Below, piece by piece: positions 34,959-45,930 of a stretch of DNA of 64,000 nt. A model generated the notes under the pieces. The model had not been told where the DNA came from. It did no database searches and was given only the letters and a program-made list of their open reading frames with translations. Source of the stretch: an uncultured SAR86 cluster bacterium. Lineage in GTDB: Bacteria > Pseudomonadota > Gammaproteobacteria > Magnimaribacterales > D2472. Both the position numbers and the translations under genes were made by a program. The number at the start of each line of letters is the position of its first letter. The first letter of the stretch is position 1. Location: assembly GCA_902515155.1 (NCBI GenBank), contig CABXTT010000002.1:14409-78408 (forward strand), given 5' to 3'.

Positions 34959-35959
34959 AAATTAATTACTACTTTACCTTTTGCTTTTCTGTTAGCTAAG
35001 TGAGTGAATGCACTCGCAGAATCCTCTAAAGAATATTTTTGAGAAACTTCAGGATTTATTTTGCCTTCGGAATGTAAATTAAAGAGTTCATCAAAATTCT
35101 TCTTATTTTCGTCTGGGAACTGGCCAACCCAGGCACCCCAAAATACACCAACAATTTGACAACCCTTTAAAAGAGTTAAGTTGAGAGGCATCTTAGGTAT
35201 TTGATCTGCACCGGCGGCAAAACCAATTACAAGATATCTGCCTTCCCATGCTATTGACCTCAGACATGGCTCTGCATAACTGCCTCCTACTGGATCATAA
35301 ATGACATTAGGCCCTAATCCTCCAGTAAGCTCTTTAATTTTATTTGACAATTCTTTTTGTTGATCTCTGTCTAAATTAGATGAGGGATAAATGAAACCTT
35401 CATCCGCGCCGTGAGATATACACATATCAATTTTATCCTGTGTAGATGCTGCTGCAATAACCTTTGCACCCATTGCTTTTCCCAACTCGATAGCTGCCAA
35501 TCCTACCCCACCAGAGGCACCAAGAACCAAAAGTGTTTCTCCTGGTTGTAGACTTGCTCTTTGTTTTAAGGCGTACAAGCTAGTTCCATAGGTCATTGAT
35601 AAGGCTGCTGCTGAATCAAAGTCCATTGACTCTGGTACTGGCATACAGTTTGATTCGGCTGCTAAAATTTTCTCAGCAAAAGCACCAACTCCAGTCATTG
35701 CAAATACTTTATCTCCTTCCTTAAATTTAGTTACCCCCTCACCAACTTCAGAAATAACTCCTGCAGATTCACCACCCGGTATGAAAGGTAAGGGTGGCTG
35801 AAACTGATAGAGACCTTGAATCATAAGAACATCAGGAAAATTTATACTTCCTGATTTTACATCTATAACGACATGTCCAGGCATTACCTCTGGAGCATCT
35901 ATTTCATTGACTTGAAGTTTTTCTGGTCCACCCAATTCTGTACATTGCAAAGCTTTCAT
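34955..35959 (-). CDS. qor: NADPH:quinone oxidoreductase / zinc-independent MDR family (zeta-crystallin-like)
   Basis: 334-aa ORF with the medium-chain dehydrogenase fold and a nucleotide loop (LGASGGVGLAA). Confidence 0.8.
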   Translation of the reverse strand: MKALQCTELGGPEKLQVNEIDAPEVMPGHVVIDVKSGSINFPDVLMIQGLYQFQPPLPFIPGGESAGVISEVGEGVTKFKEGDKVFAMTGVGAFAEKILAAESNCMPVPESMDFDSAAALSMTYGTSLYALKQRASLQPGETLLVLGASGGVGLAAIELGKAMGAKVIAAASTQDKIDMCISHGADEGFIYPSSNLDRDQQKELSNKIKELTGGLGPNVIYDPVGGSYAEPCLRSIAWEGRYLVIGFAAGADQIPKMPLNLTLLKGCQIVGVFWGAWVGQFPDENKKNFDELFNLHSEGKINPEVSQKYSLEDSASAFTHLANRKAKGKVVINF

Positions 35960-35970
35960 TTTTCTTTTAC

Positions 35971-37464
35971 CTATAATTTAGAGTTATATGAGTTCATAAA
36001 ATCATCCATGTCCTGAATGGACTCTTTTTGAATTTCATTGAATTTCATTATAGATTTTTTAGCCTCATCTTCATACGCTTCATTATTTTCACTATTTAAT
36101 GATTTTAGATAATTTAAATTTTGTTTTGCTTTTAGTGTTCCTGCATCATGGAAAGATATGTTTTTATCAAAAGTATTTTTTTTATTTTTCATACCTTTTG
36201 CTGCTTTTAGATAATTAACGTCTTCCATATTGGATGCAATAGAAATTAGGCAATTAACTATATCTGTTCTAGCTGAGCTAATAGAAGTTTGAGAATTCTT
36301 ATAAAAAATTTCAGTATCTGGATTTCTTCCATTTTTGATAACCTCGTTATCATTTGCTGTAATTATTAATTTTTCTTCGTTGCTCATCATTGGACTATCT
36401 TCCATAAAGCAATATAAAAGTATGAGATCTAAAACTCTCATTTGATTTTTAGATATACCAGTTATTTCATTAGGGCATAAATCAATTCCTCTTACTTCAA
36501 CATATTTGATTCCTTGACTTTTAAGTAACTCATATGGTCTTTCACCGCTACTTCCAGCCCTTTTTGGTCTTATACAATCATATAATTCATTTTCAATTTG
36601 AAGTATGCCATTTGAGATTTGCTGAAAATTACCTTGTTTATCTTTTAAACCCAACTCTTCAAATTCAGGATATGGAGTTATTATTGCTAATCTTAATTCA
36701 TCTAAGAATTCATCTAAATCGTTATACTTAATATTTAGATTCTTTTGGGCTCTGCTCTGATAACCAATTTCACTCATTCTTAAAGATGTTGCATTTTCTT
36801 TAAATAAATCAGAGTCACTGAGAACGTTTAGATCATTCTCTCTTCCTGTAACAAAAGTTTTATCAACTTGAGCAGAATTTCCATACTCGCTTAATACAAA
36901 CCAGAAGATTCTTTTAAAATTTCTAATTAGTCCCAGATATGCATTGGTTATATCCTTTTGATTAGAAGATCCGATTAATTTGCTTAAAGACTCTTCAGAT
37001 AGTGAAAAATTATAATGTATCCCAGAAACACATTGCATGGTTTTGCCATACCTAACTGCAAGGCCCTTTCTATATATATGCTTTAACTGGCCCATATTAC
37101 TATTAGAGTAAGTTGCTATGTTGATTTTTGACTCATCTAATATTCTTGGTGGTATAGAGTATGGCCATAGCATCTCATTGTTCTCTAGGCCATTAGCAAT
37201 AAAAACATGAAGAGCAAATAAATTATCATGGAGCTCTTCAACGCTATGAAATATTGGAGTTACTATCTCCACTAAGGCTTCTGCAAAATCTGTAGTAATA
37301 GATGGATTTGTATACGACGAGCCCAGAGAAAGAGGATGATTACTTTGAGACACGAAGCCCTCTTGACTAACTCTTAGAGATTCTTTTTCTATTCCCCTTT
37401 CAATAATCAAAGAAGAAAAAAATGCTTTTTCTTTAAGGTTTTTTAATTTTCTGTGGAGATCCAC
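35971..37464 (-). CDS. gshA: Glutamate--cysteine ligase (type 1, proteobacterial)
   Basis: 497-aa ORF. The N-terminal RGIEKESLRV and the overall layout resemble E. coli-type GshA. Confidence 0.88.
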   Translation of the reverse strand: MDLHRKLKNLKEKAFFSSLIIERGIEKESLRVSQEGFVSQSNHPLSLGSSYTNPSITTDFAEALVEIVTPIFHSVEELHDNLFALHVFIANGLENNEMLWPYSIPPRILDESKINIATYSNSNMGQLKHIYRKGLAVRYGKTMQCVSGIHYNFSLSEESLSKLIGSSNQKDITNAYLGLIRNFKRIFWFVLSEYGNSAQVDKTFVTGRENDLNVLSDSDLFKENATSLRMSEIGYQSRAQKNLNIKYNDLDEFLDELRLAIITPYPEFEELGLKDKQGNFQQISNGILQIENELYDCIRPKRAGSSGERPYELLKSQGIKYVEVRGIDLCPNEITGISKNQMRVLDLILLYCFMEDSPMMSNEEKLIITANDNEVIKNGRNPDTEIFYKNSQTSISSARTDIVNCLISIASNMEDVNYLKAAKGMKNKKNTFDKNISFHDAGTLKAKQNLNYLKSLNSENNEAYEDEAKKSIMKFNEIQKESIQDMDDFMNSYNSKL

Positions 37465-37472
37465 AATCTATT

Positions 37473-39017
37473 CTAAAACTTAGGACCAGCAGCAATAATT
37501 TCTTGATTGACATCAAATTTCTTAAAATTATCCTGAAATTTTTGAACAAGTTCTGCAAGATAGGTTTGATATTCTTCATTATTATTCCAAGTTTTTATAG
37601 GATTCAATAAATCAGAATCAACACCATCGACTGCAACTGGAACATGAAGATTTAGACCAGGCACATGCTCAGTAGCAACACCATTAAGTTCTCCGTTTTG
37701 AATCGCATTAACAACCCTCCTTGTAGTTGGGATTTTAAATCGTGATCCTGTTCCAAAAGGTCCTCCAGTCCATCCCGTATTAACTAGATAAACTTTTGAA
37801 CCAAAGGACTCAACTCTTTTCATTAACAGATCTGCATAAACACCGGCTGGTCTTGGAAAAAATGGAGCACCAAAACATGTAGAGAATGTTGACTCAATCG
37901 AAGAGTTAGAACCCATTTCAGTTGACCCAACTTTTGCAGTATAACCACTTAAAAAATGATATGCAGCTGCCTCTTTTGATAATACCGAAACAGGCGGTAT
38001 TAATCCTGTTAGATCACAAGTAAGAAATATAACTGTCTCAGCTTCGCCCGATGCGTTTTTAGATATTGCATTATCAATATGTGAACGTGGGTAACAACAT
38101 CTTCCATTTTCAGATAATGAGGTATTTGAATAATCAGGCTTATATTCTTCATCTAAGAAAACATTTTCAATTACGCTACCATGTTTTATAGCTTTATAAA
38201 TTACAGGTTCGTTTTCAACTGACAGATCAATCGTCTTTGCATAGCAGCCGCCCTCAAAATTGAAAACTGACCCCTCACTCCAGCCATGCTCATCATCTCC
38301 AATTAAAGAACAACTTGGGTCGGCTGATAAAGTGGTTTTGCCAGTTCCAGAAAGCCCAAAAAAAAGGGAAACTTTTCCATTTGCATTAACATTTGCTGAG
38401 CAATGCATAGGCAGAACACCTTTTTCAGGTAGAAGAAAATTTTGGGCAGAGAACATGGATTTTTTCATCTCTCCTGCATATTTCATACCTGCAAGTAGAA
38501 CCTTTCTCTGTGCAAAATTGATTATTACGCAACCTTCAGAATTAGTTCCATCTTCCTCTGGAATACACTCATAGTTTGAAGCACTTAGTATTTGCCACTC
38601 TTGTTTATTAGATGAATTAAACTCTTCAGGAACAACGAATATCAACCTTGAAAATAGACTATGCCATGCAGTTTCAGTTGTTACTTTTACAGGCAGATAA
38701 TGTTCATCATGTGAGCCAACATGAACCATAGAAACATATCTATTTCTTTCAGCCATATAAGATTCAACTTTATCCCATAGATTATTAAATTTTTCTTCTT
38801 CAAACGGTTTATTAACTTCTCCCCAATCAATTAGGTCTGAAGTTCCAGGTTCATTAACTATGAATCTATCATTTGGACTTCTTCCAGTTCTTTCTCCAGT
38901 ATTTGCAGCAAAAGCTCCATTGGAAGCAACCACACCCTCATTATTTTCGACAGCTTTTAAAATGAGCTCTTCATTTGATAGTTCAAAAGCTTGAGATGTA
39001 GTATTTATTTCGTTCAT
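37473..39017 (-). CDS. pckA: Phosphoenolpyruvate carboxykinase (ATP)
   Basis: 514-aa ORF with the kinase-1a loop ([11 protein letters not shown]) and GDDEHGW, typical of ATP-dependent PckA. Confidence 0.97.
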   Translation of the reverse strand: MNEINTTSQAFELSNEELILKAVENNEGVVASNGAFAANTGERTGRSPNDRFIVNEPGTSDLIDWGEVNKPFEEEKFNNLWDKVESYMAERNRYVSMVHVGSHDEHYLPVKVTTETAWHSLFSRLIFVVPEEFNSSNKQEWQILSASNYECIPEEDGTNSEGCVIINFAQRKVLLAGMKYAGEMKKSMFSAQNFLLPEKGVLPMHCSANVNANGKVSLFFGLSGTGKTTLSADPSCSLIGDDEHGWSEGSVFNFEGGCYAKTIDLSVENEPVIYKAIKHGSVIENVFLDEEYKPDYSNTSLSENGRCCYPRSHIDNAISKNASGEAETVIFLTCDLTGLIPPVSVLSKEAAAYHFLSGYTAKVGSTEMGSNSSIESTFSTCFGAPFFPRPAGVYADLLMKRVESFGSKVYLVNTGWTGGPFGTGSRFKIPTTRRVVNAIQNGELNGVATEHVPGLNLHVPVAVDGVDSDLLNPIKTWNNNEEYQTYLAELVQKFQDNFKKFDVNQEIIAAGPKF

Positions 39018-39204
39018 ATCTTTTTAAAAATATTATAAGTTCCTAAGGAAGAATATTATATATTTAGCTGCATTTATTAATATTTAATTGTTTGTAGTGA
39101 AGTAGAATATATGTAGAGCTGTAAAAGTCAATTATCTCCGCATTGTTATTAAAATAAGCATTTTATAAATTTTATTTATGTAGTTTTATTACACAAAGAT
39201 GTGA

Positions 39205-39720
39205 TTAGTTGCTTTTTATCAACTTCATAAATGACACCATAAAAAATGTAGCAAAAAATATAAAGCCCCACTCAGCAAAGTTAAAAATGAAGCGCCAGTT
39301 TTCTTCAGCACATGTTGGACCGCCTTGGTAAGCATTTAAAATCCCGTCAATTAATCCAAAGTATTCAATTTGAACTTCTAATGGCATCCCACAACTAGCT
39401 GCAAGGTTAGCAATATCTTCTGGACTAAGATTTTGAAGATATATTTGCTTTCCAGTAATCGCTAATCCAGCTGATGCAGATAAAAGGATTAAAAGTTTGT
39501 TTAATTTATTAAACTTTTTAATAAATATCCCAATAAATGAAATTAGAGCAATCGCTCCAAAGGCATACCTTGTCATAATACACATTGGACAGGCATTTAG
39601 ATTAAGAAGATAATCCATAAAAATTGCCAAAAAGATTATCAAAATTGAAGCCAAACAGCAGGCTATTTCAAAATAGTTTTGATAAACTGTTTTAATATAA
39701 TTTGTAAGATGTTTGAGCAT
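39205..39720 (-). CDS. dsbB: Disulfide bond formation protein B
   Basis: 171-aa 4-TM ORF with a CxxC in the first periplasmic loop (CPMC) and a second Cys pair in loop 2. Confidence 0.85.
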   Translation of the reverse strand: MLKHLTNYIKTVYQNYFEIACCLASILIIFLAIFMDYLLNLNACPMCIMTRYAFGAIALISFIGIFIKKFNKLNKLLILLSASAGLAITGKQIYLQNLSPEDIANLAASCGMPLEVQIEYFGLIDGILNAYQGGPTCAEENWRFIFNFAEWGFIFFATFFMVSFMKLIKSN

Positions 39721-39793
39721 AAATATTATTGTTTTTACCCTTCTATAGTATAGAAAAAAACTTTTGCATAATACATCTCAGTAAAAGATTAAT

Positions 39794-42511
39794 ATGAAAG
39801 ATAGAATTTTTATAATTGACGGGTCCTCTTATCTTTATCGTGCCTACCACGCTATGCCACCATTGACTGCTTCATCAGGACAACCTACTGGAGCAATAAA
39901 AGGCGTAACGAATATGCTCATGACTTTAAAGAAAGAAAGCGAAGGTTCTCCAATAATTGTTACCTTTGATGCTAAAGGCAAAACGTTTCGAAGTGATATT
40001 TATGAAGAATATAAAGCAAATAGACCGCCAATGCCTGACGATCTTAGAGAACAACTGGCTCCACTAAAAGAGATATGTAAAGCTATTGGATTCCCTTTAA
40101 TCGAGATCGATGGAGTTGAGGCTGATGATGTAATTGCCACTCTTGTAAAAATAGCTAAAGAAAATAACTTTAAGTCAGTTATTTCCTCTCTAGACAAAGA
40201 CTTAATGCAGCTAGTTGAAGATCCAGTTTCTTCAATAATGAATACAATGACACATCAAATATTTAATGAAGAAAAAGTATTTGAAAAATTTGGTGTCAAG
40301 CCTTCTCAAATTAGAGACATGCTAGCTTTAGTTGGAGACACATCCGACAATATTCCTGGTGTACCCAAAGTTGGACAGAAAACAGCTGCTAAATGGCTAA
40401 ATGAATTTGGAGATCTTGATGGTATTAGGAAGAATGCAGATTCGATAAAAGGTGTTGTAGGTCAAAATTTAAGAGACTCGCTGAATGAATTAGACAGGAA
40501 TGTTGAACTTGTCTCTTTGAAAAATGATGTAGATATTGGTGTAACTTTTGAGAGTCTTCTAGTAATGCATGGTGACGATGAAAAGTTAGACGAGCTTTTC
40601 TCTAAATTAGACTTCAAAACAATGATGAAGCCCTCTAAAGAATCTGAATCAACAAATGAAAATGATTCTGCCAGTGAGGACGTTAAACATTCAAATAAAG
40701 CAAATACTAGCTATGAGACTATTCTCACGAAGAAAGATTTAAAAGAATGGGCAAATAAACTTAATAAATGCGAAGTCTTTGCCATAGACACGGAAACAGA
40801 CTCTTTGGATACAGTTACTGCTAATCTCGTCGGCATATCATTGTCTGTAAAAGAGGGCGGCGGTTGTTATATACCAATTGGCCATAAATACGATGATTGC
40901 CCAAAACAATTGGATATCGATGATGTGATAAAAGAACTAGGCACGTCAATTGAAAAAAATAAATTAAAAGCTGTAGGGCAAAATCTAAAATTTGATATTC
41001 CTATTCTCCATAGACATGGAATAGTTCTTGATGAGTTTCATGCTGATACTATGCTAATGTCATATGTTCTAAACAGTACAGCTACAAGACATGGAATGGA
41101 TAAACTAGCCATGTTTTATTTAGACTATGAAACTATAAAGTATAGCGATGTTACTGGGACTGCATCTAAGCAAATAAACTTTTCGGCTGTTGAGATCGAT
41201 GTTGCATCACATTATGCTGCCGAAGATGCTGATATTACCTTAAGGCTTTTTAATAAATTAGATTCACTTTTAAAAGATAAACCAACACAAATTAAGCTTT
41301 TACAAAATATTGAATATCCATTGGTTCATGTTCTCTCAAGAGTTGAACAGAATGGAGCAAAAATTGATAAAAATAAACTTTCTGATCATTCAAAAGAGCT
41401 TTCAGAAAAAATAGCTAAACTTTCGAGTGAAGCATTTAAAATTGCTGGAGAAGAATTTAATTTAGATTCACCTAAGCAACTCCTTGAGGTTTTATACGAA
41501 AAACTAAAATTACCAATATTAAAGAAAACACCTAAAGGACAACCTTCGACTAATGAAGAGACACTTCAAAGGTTATCAGAGGAATATGAGCTACCTAAAA
41601 TAATTCTAAAGTATAGAACTTTGGCAAAACTTAAGTCTACTTATACTGATAGCTTAATCAGAATAGAAAATACTCAGACTAAAAGAATACATACTTCATA
41701 TCAACAAGCAGTAACTTCAACTGGAAGGCTTTCTTCAACCGAGCCTAACCTTCAGAACATACCCATTAAAACTGCTGAGGGAAGGAGAATAAGAGAGGCT
41801 TTTGTTCCTGATAAAGGAAACATTCTAATCTCTGCGGATTATTCTCAAATTGAGTTAAGAATCATGGCTCATTTATCTAAAGACAAAAATTTAACTCATG
41901 CATTTAATAATAATTTAGATGTTCATTCGGCAACAGCATCAGAGGTCTTTGGTGTTAGTCTTGAAGATGTGACACAGGATCATAGAAGAAGTGCAAAGGC
42001 TATTAATTTTGGTCTTATGTATGGTATGTCAGCTTTTGGTCTCACTAGGCAATTAGATATCCCAAGAGCAGAAGCACAAAAATATCTAGATACTTATTTT
42101 GAGAGATATACAGGTGTTAAAGATTACATGGCTAATATTAAAGCTCAGGCAAAAGAAGATATGTTTGTCGAAACCATCATGGGCAGAAGGCTTTATTTGA
42201 ATGAGATCAACGCTGCAAATGGTCTTAGAAGGCAGGCAGCAGAGAGGGCTGCAATTAATGCACCTCTTCAGGGATCAGCTGCAGACATAATTAAAAAAGC
42301 TATGATAGATATTGATGCTTTTTTAGACAAAGAGATGCCAGAAGTAAAAATGATCATGCAGGTTCATGATGAACTAATTTTTGAAACGCCTGAAAAAAAT
42401 GCTCAAGAAGTTCTATCAACAATGAAAGACATGATGGAAGCTGCAGTTAAATTAGATATTCCACTTATAGCTGAAGCAGCAATAGGAACAAACTGGAATG
42501 AAGCACATTAG
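39794..42511 (+). CDS. polA: DNA polymerase I
   Basis: 905-aa ORF with a 5'-3' exonuclease domain, a 3'-5' exonuclease domain (FAIDTETDSL) and Pol A motifs (DYSQIELRIMAH, QVHDELIFE). Confidence 0.97.
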   Translation: MKDRIFIIDGSSYLYRAYHAMPPLTASSGQPTGAIKGVTNMLMTLKKESEGSPIIVTFDAKGKTFRSDIYEEYKANRPPMPDDLREQLAPLKEICKAIGFPLIEIDGVEADDVIATLVKIAKENNFKSVISSLDKDLMQLVEDPVSSIMNTMTHQIFNEEKVFEKFGVKPSQIRDMLALVGDTSDNIPGVPKVGQKTAAKWLNEFGDLDGIRKNADSIKGVVGQNLRDSLNELDRNVELVSLKNDVDIGVTFESLLVMHGDDEKLDELFSKLDFKTMMKPSKESESTNENDSASEDVKHSNKANTSYETILTKKDLKEWANKLNKCEVFAIDTETDSLDTVTANLVGISLSVKEGGGCYIPIGHKYDDCPKQLDIDDVIKELGTSIEKNKLKAVGQNLKFDIPILHRHGIVLDEFHADTMLMSYVLNSTATRHGMDKLAMFYLDYETIKYSDVTGTASKQINFSAVEIDVASHYAAEDADITLRLFNKLDSLLKDKPTQIKLLQNIEYPLVHVLSRVEQNGAKIDKNKLSDHSKELSEKIAKLSSEAFKIAGEEFNLDSPKQLLEVLYEKLKLPILKKTPKGQPSTNEETLQRLSEEYELPKIILKYRTLAKLKSTYTDSLIRIENTQTKRIHTSYQQAVTSTGRLSSTEPNLQNIPIKTAEGRRIREAFVPDKGNILISADYSQIELRIMAHLSKDKNLTHAFNNNLDVHSATASEVFGVSLEDVTQDHRRSAKAINFGLMYGMSAFGLTRQLDIPRAEAQKYLDTYFERYTGVKDYMANIKAQAKEDMFVETIMGRRLYLNEINAANGLRRQAAERAAINAPLQGSAADIIKKAMIDIDAFLDKEMPEVKMIMQVHDELIFETPEKNAQEVLSTMKDMMEAAVKLDIPLIAEAAIGTNWNEAH

Positions 42512-42516
42512 AAATT

Positions 42517-44112
42517 TTATATATAAAAATTATCTCTTGATACAATATCTCCAGTATAACCATCTTGAGGATTATGCCCTCCGCATGAAACAATCTCAGC
42601 AAAGACGCTATCTTCAGAAATATTAAAAAAAGTAAACCCATTTTCTTCCTTAATTTCATAAATTGATTCACATGCCAAGTTCTCAGGACTTTCAGCAGTT
42701 ATACCTCTTGCAAAGGAAGGCCATCCAGCACTAGAGCTTCCAACAGAACCAACTAAAAAACTTTTTAGTTTAGTTTTTAACTTTAGCTTCCCAGATTTAA
42801 TTATAGATATAGCTCCAATCGCATGTATGTCGCCTGAAAAAACGAATCTTGAGCCCTTTCTTTCGGAAATAGCTTTAATTAAACGTTGATGTTGAAAAAA
42901 CCAACCTTCTTGCCAAAGATATTTATTAACTTCGGTTGTAAGCGACCCCTTATTTCCTGATAATAATTCATTAATTACTGTTCCGCTTGCTCCCTCTTCA
43001 GCAACCACATCAGGATACCATTCTCTCCACTTGCCAGCTGTATACCCAAAAGGATGAGAAGGAATAAATGCTAAAGTCTTCGCTTTTGATTGATCTATTC
43101 TTGATAAGAGCCATTCCTCATTTTTCTTAGATATCAATAAAGCTTTTCCATCACCTAAGGTCATATCACCTGCACAATCAGCTATCAGGCCCTCAAAGGC
43201 ATTGCCATATCTAATTCTTCCAATTTTTCTTTTAGGTTGACCGTCCGGAGTATCTAATAAAGGTGGATAGAATAAGTCTGCCATTTGTTTAAAAGCATCT
43301 TTACTAAAATCATCTGCAGGAAATGTCACAAGCTTTTCCTCAGCATCATCATTTTCAAAGTAGTCATGATCGTCAGGTATAAAGAAAATTGGCGTACTTT
43401 TAAACCTAGTCCCATAAAGAGATGCTATTTGATCATTACCAATATTCTTAAGAACTTTTTCATTTTTTGAGCTACTTGCTTTTTCAGATCTATTAAAAGA
43501 ACCATAAACAAGACCAATATAACTCCCCAAAAAAAATTTTATTAGCTTATTCTTTCGGCCGATTTGAGGAGCATTTTCTCCTCTAAGATCCCAGTAGATA
43601 TGATCGCCTATAGAAATTGCAAAATCAGGATTCATAGACAATCCTGCATCAAAGACTTTTTGTCTAAATTTCAAAGGTTTGAAAAACTCTTTGCCTGAAA
43701 TTTTAAATCCTTCCGGACCTCCTGCACATGTAAATGCCATAACTGAAACATTTTCAACTTTCGTATCTGGACCAGGAAAGGTTTTAAGATTCCAAGGTTT
43801 ATATATGGGATCACCTTCTGAAATTAATTGAAGTTTATATGAATGATCTGATAAAAGCTTGTCTGATATAAATTGCCAGTTTGTACCTATTCTATCTTTT
43901 TGAATACCTTTGATAATAACTTTGTTATCTAACATGAGCTCTAGTTTTGTAGTTTTTTTTGATAAAGATACAGAAATTGCTAATTTTTCGTGACTAGCTG
44001 AAGCCAGTATATGATTTACTTTTTGATTACTTATGTTTCTAAAGATTAATCCACTGCTTAGTAAAGCAATTATTCCTGATGATATTTTTAAGAAAGTTCT
44101 TCTTGAATACAC
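42517..44112 (-). CDS. Tat-exported PhoD-like metallophosphatase (putative alkaline phosphatase D family)
   Basis: 531-aa ORF with a twin-arginine signal (MYSRRTFLKISSGIIALLSSG) and metallophosphatase motifs (SIGDHIYWD, PDDHDYFEND, FSGDIHA). This is a family-level call only. Confidence 0.6.
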   Translation of the reverse strand: MYSRRTFLKISSGIIALLSSGLIFRNISNQKVNHILASASHEKLAISVSLSKKTTKLELMLDNKVIIKGIQKDRIGTNWQFISDKLLSDHSYKLQLISEGDPIYKPWNLKTFPGPDTKVENVSVMAFTCAGGPEGFKISGKEFFKPLKFRQKVFDAGLSMNPDFAISIGDHIYWDLRGENAPQIGRKNKLIKFFLGSYIGLVYGSFNRSEKASSSKNEKVLKNIGNDQIASLYGTRFKSTPIFFIPDDHDYFENDDAEEKLVTFPADDFSKDAFKQMADLFYPPLLDTPDGQPKRKIGRIRYGNAFEGLIADCAGDMTLGDGKALLISKKNEEWLLSRIDQSKAKTLAFIPSHPFGYTAGKWREWYPDVVAEEGASGTVINELLSGNKGSLTTEVNKYLWQEGWFFQHQRLIKAISERKGSRFVFSGDIHAIGAISIIKSGKLKLKTKLKSFLVGSVGSSSAGWPSFARGITAESPENLACESIYEIKEENGFTFFNISEDSVFAEIVSCGGHNPQDGYTGDIVSRDNFYI

Positions 44113-44116
44113 TAAG

Positions 44117-44626
44117 TTATTTTTGTCTTTCTATAGGTTTATATTGCATTTCTTCGGGGAGAAGAATTTTAATACCATGCTGCTCTCTTAAATCTGATAT
44201 TTTCATGGATAAATATTCTTCGGGCATCTTAAATGGCCATTTCTTTTTCATCTTAAATGATCTAAATATTACTCTTCTTTTTATTGCTCCAAGCTTCCAG
44301 AATATTTTTAAAAAGCCTAGAATACCAAATTCTTTATATAGGTCTTTATAAAGTTGTTTAATTTGAGGAAGGTTTTGGTAGCCCAAAATATATTTCAATT
44401 TCCATTTACTGCCCCAAACCACCCAGCTATCAAGAATTGATTCCTGTTCAATCGATATATCAAGTCCAAATATCACATGTGTACAATCATGGTCCCTAAG
44501 AAGAGTTCCCGAATCATTATTATCTTCGAATACTTCAGTAGTCTCAGGAAAAGAACTGTAATAGCAATCTAGGCCTTCTTGAAGTGTTAAATCGCAGTCA
44601 TGTTTTTGATATTCAAGCATCAACAA
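44117..44626 (-). CDS. Coq4-like protein (HDxxH-x11-E motif), function unverified
   Basis: 169-aa ORF. RDHDCTHVIFGLDISIEQESILDSW matches the Coq4-family metal-binding pattern HDxxH(x)11E, followed by a Trp as in eukaryotic COQ4 (..[22 protein letters not shown].., recalled from memory). It overlaps the engB stop by 7 nt and ends 4 nt before the PhoD-like gene. Confidence 0.45.
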   Translation of the reverse strand: MLMLEYQKHDCDLTLQEGLDCYYSSFPETTEVFEDNNDSGTLLRDHDCTHVIFGLDISIEQESILDSWVVWGSKWKLKYILGYQNLPQIKQLYKDLYKEFGILGFLKIFWKLGAIKRRVIFRSFKMKKKWPFKMPEEYLSMKISDLREQHGIKILLPEEMQYKPIERQK

Positions 44627-45198
44627 AATTCTAATATAGCCTTTGAAAGCTTGTCAAAGCCAATAATATCTTTTGATGATACAGCCAAAGCCTCACAATT
44701 TTGCAATTGACTATTTACAGCTGAAATAGCTTTAGCTTTTTGATTATTCGATAATTTATCGCTTTTTGTTAAAACAGGAATAAATGCAACATCAGAGTTA
44801 TTACACAAATCAATCATGTCTCTGTCACTGTCTTTAAGTGGGTGTCTGATATCCATGAAAATAACAACTGCCTTGAGAGACTGCCTCTTTGCAAAATATT
44901 GTTCCAATAAAGGCGCCCAATCTTTTCTTTTATGAAAACTTGACTTTGCAAAGCCATATCCAGGAAGATCTACAAGCTTTAAGGTCTCATTAACCTTAAA
45001 GTAATTTATTTCTGTCGTTCGCCCAGGAGTTTTACTTATTCTGGCAAGTTTTGGATTATCCGTTAGGGCATTTAAGGCACTTGATTTGCCAGCATTTGAT
45101 CGCCCAGCCAAAAGGATTTCTACATCCTCATCCGCTGGAAGATTATTGAACTTGGTGACACCAAGCATAAACTCAGATTCTTTAAAAAGGTTTTTCAT
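44620..45198 (-). CDS. engB: Ribosome biogenesis GTPase EngB/YihA
   Basis: 192-aa ORF with G motifs (GRSNAGKSS, DLPGYG, TKSDK). Confidence 0.9.
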   Translation of the reverse strand: MKNLFKESEFMLGVTKFNNLPADEDVEILLAGRSNAGKSSALNALTDNPKLARISKTPGRTTEINYFKVNETLKLVDLPGYGFAKSSFHKRKDWAPLLEQYFAKRQSLKAVVIFMDIRHPLKDSDRDMIDLCNNSDVAFIPVLTKSDKLSNNQKAKAISAVNSQLQNCEALAVSSKDIIGFDKLSKAILEFC

Positions 45199-45264
45199 TT
45201 AATCGTTTATATCATACCAACCTATGTTTATAATACACATCACAAAGACACACTTATTAAATTT

Positions 45265-45930
45265 ATGAAATCATTTTTGGTATTGATTGCATCCTTCAGC
45301 TTAATATTAAGTATTAATGCTGCAGAAAAATTTTCTGGTGCAGAAGATATGCCACAAGGCTTTATATCCGGCGATGCATCAAAGGGCTCTGCCTTGGTTG
45401 GTGTGTGTGCGTCATGTCATGGTGCAGACGGAATTAGTATTAGTACTGATTGGCCCAAACTAGCTGGGCAAAATCAAAGATACTTATATGAGCAACTCCA
45501 ATACTTTAAGGATGGCGAAAGAAATAATGCATTAATGATGTCTGTTATCCCATATCTAAATTCATTACAAGATAGCGATATTCTAGACATAGCTGCTTTT
45601 TATGAATCTCAAGCATCTTCAGTTGGGCAAGCAAAAGACGATGAAGAACTTTTGGCATTGGGGACAACTTTATATCGATTTGGTAATATGAAAAAAGGAA
45701 TTCCTGCATGTACGTCTTGCCATTCTGTATATGGACAAGGAAATAGTTTGGCTGGCTATCCATCTGTCGCAGGACAGCAGGTCGGTTACTTAACTTCAAC
45801 TTTAAAAGCTTACAGATCCAAAGAAAGAAATTCGGGTGAGCAAGCACTTATGATGCAATCAATTGCTCAAAACTTAAGCGATCAAGAAATAGATGCGCTT
45901 TCTAATTATATGCATGGACTATACAAATGA
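45265..45930 (+). CDS. Diheme cytochrome c4
   Basis: 221-aa ORF with a signal peptide and two CxxCH motifs (CASCHG, CTSCHS), each followed by a distal Met region. It is divergent from engB, as in Pseudomonas. Confidence 0.85.
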   Translation: MKSFLVLIASFSLILSINAAEKFSGAEDMPQGFISGDASKGSALVGVCASCHGADGISISTDWPKLAGQNQRYLYEQLQYFKDGERNNALMMSVIPYLNSLQDSDILDIAAFYESQASSVGQAKDDEELLALGTTLYRFGNMKKGIPACTSCHSVYGQGNSLAGYPSVAGQQVGYLTSTLKAYRSKERNSGEQALMMQSIAQNLSDQEIDALSNYMHGLYK

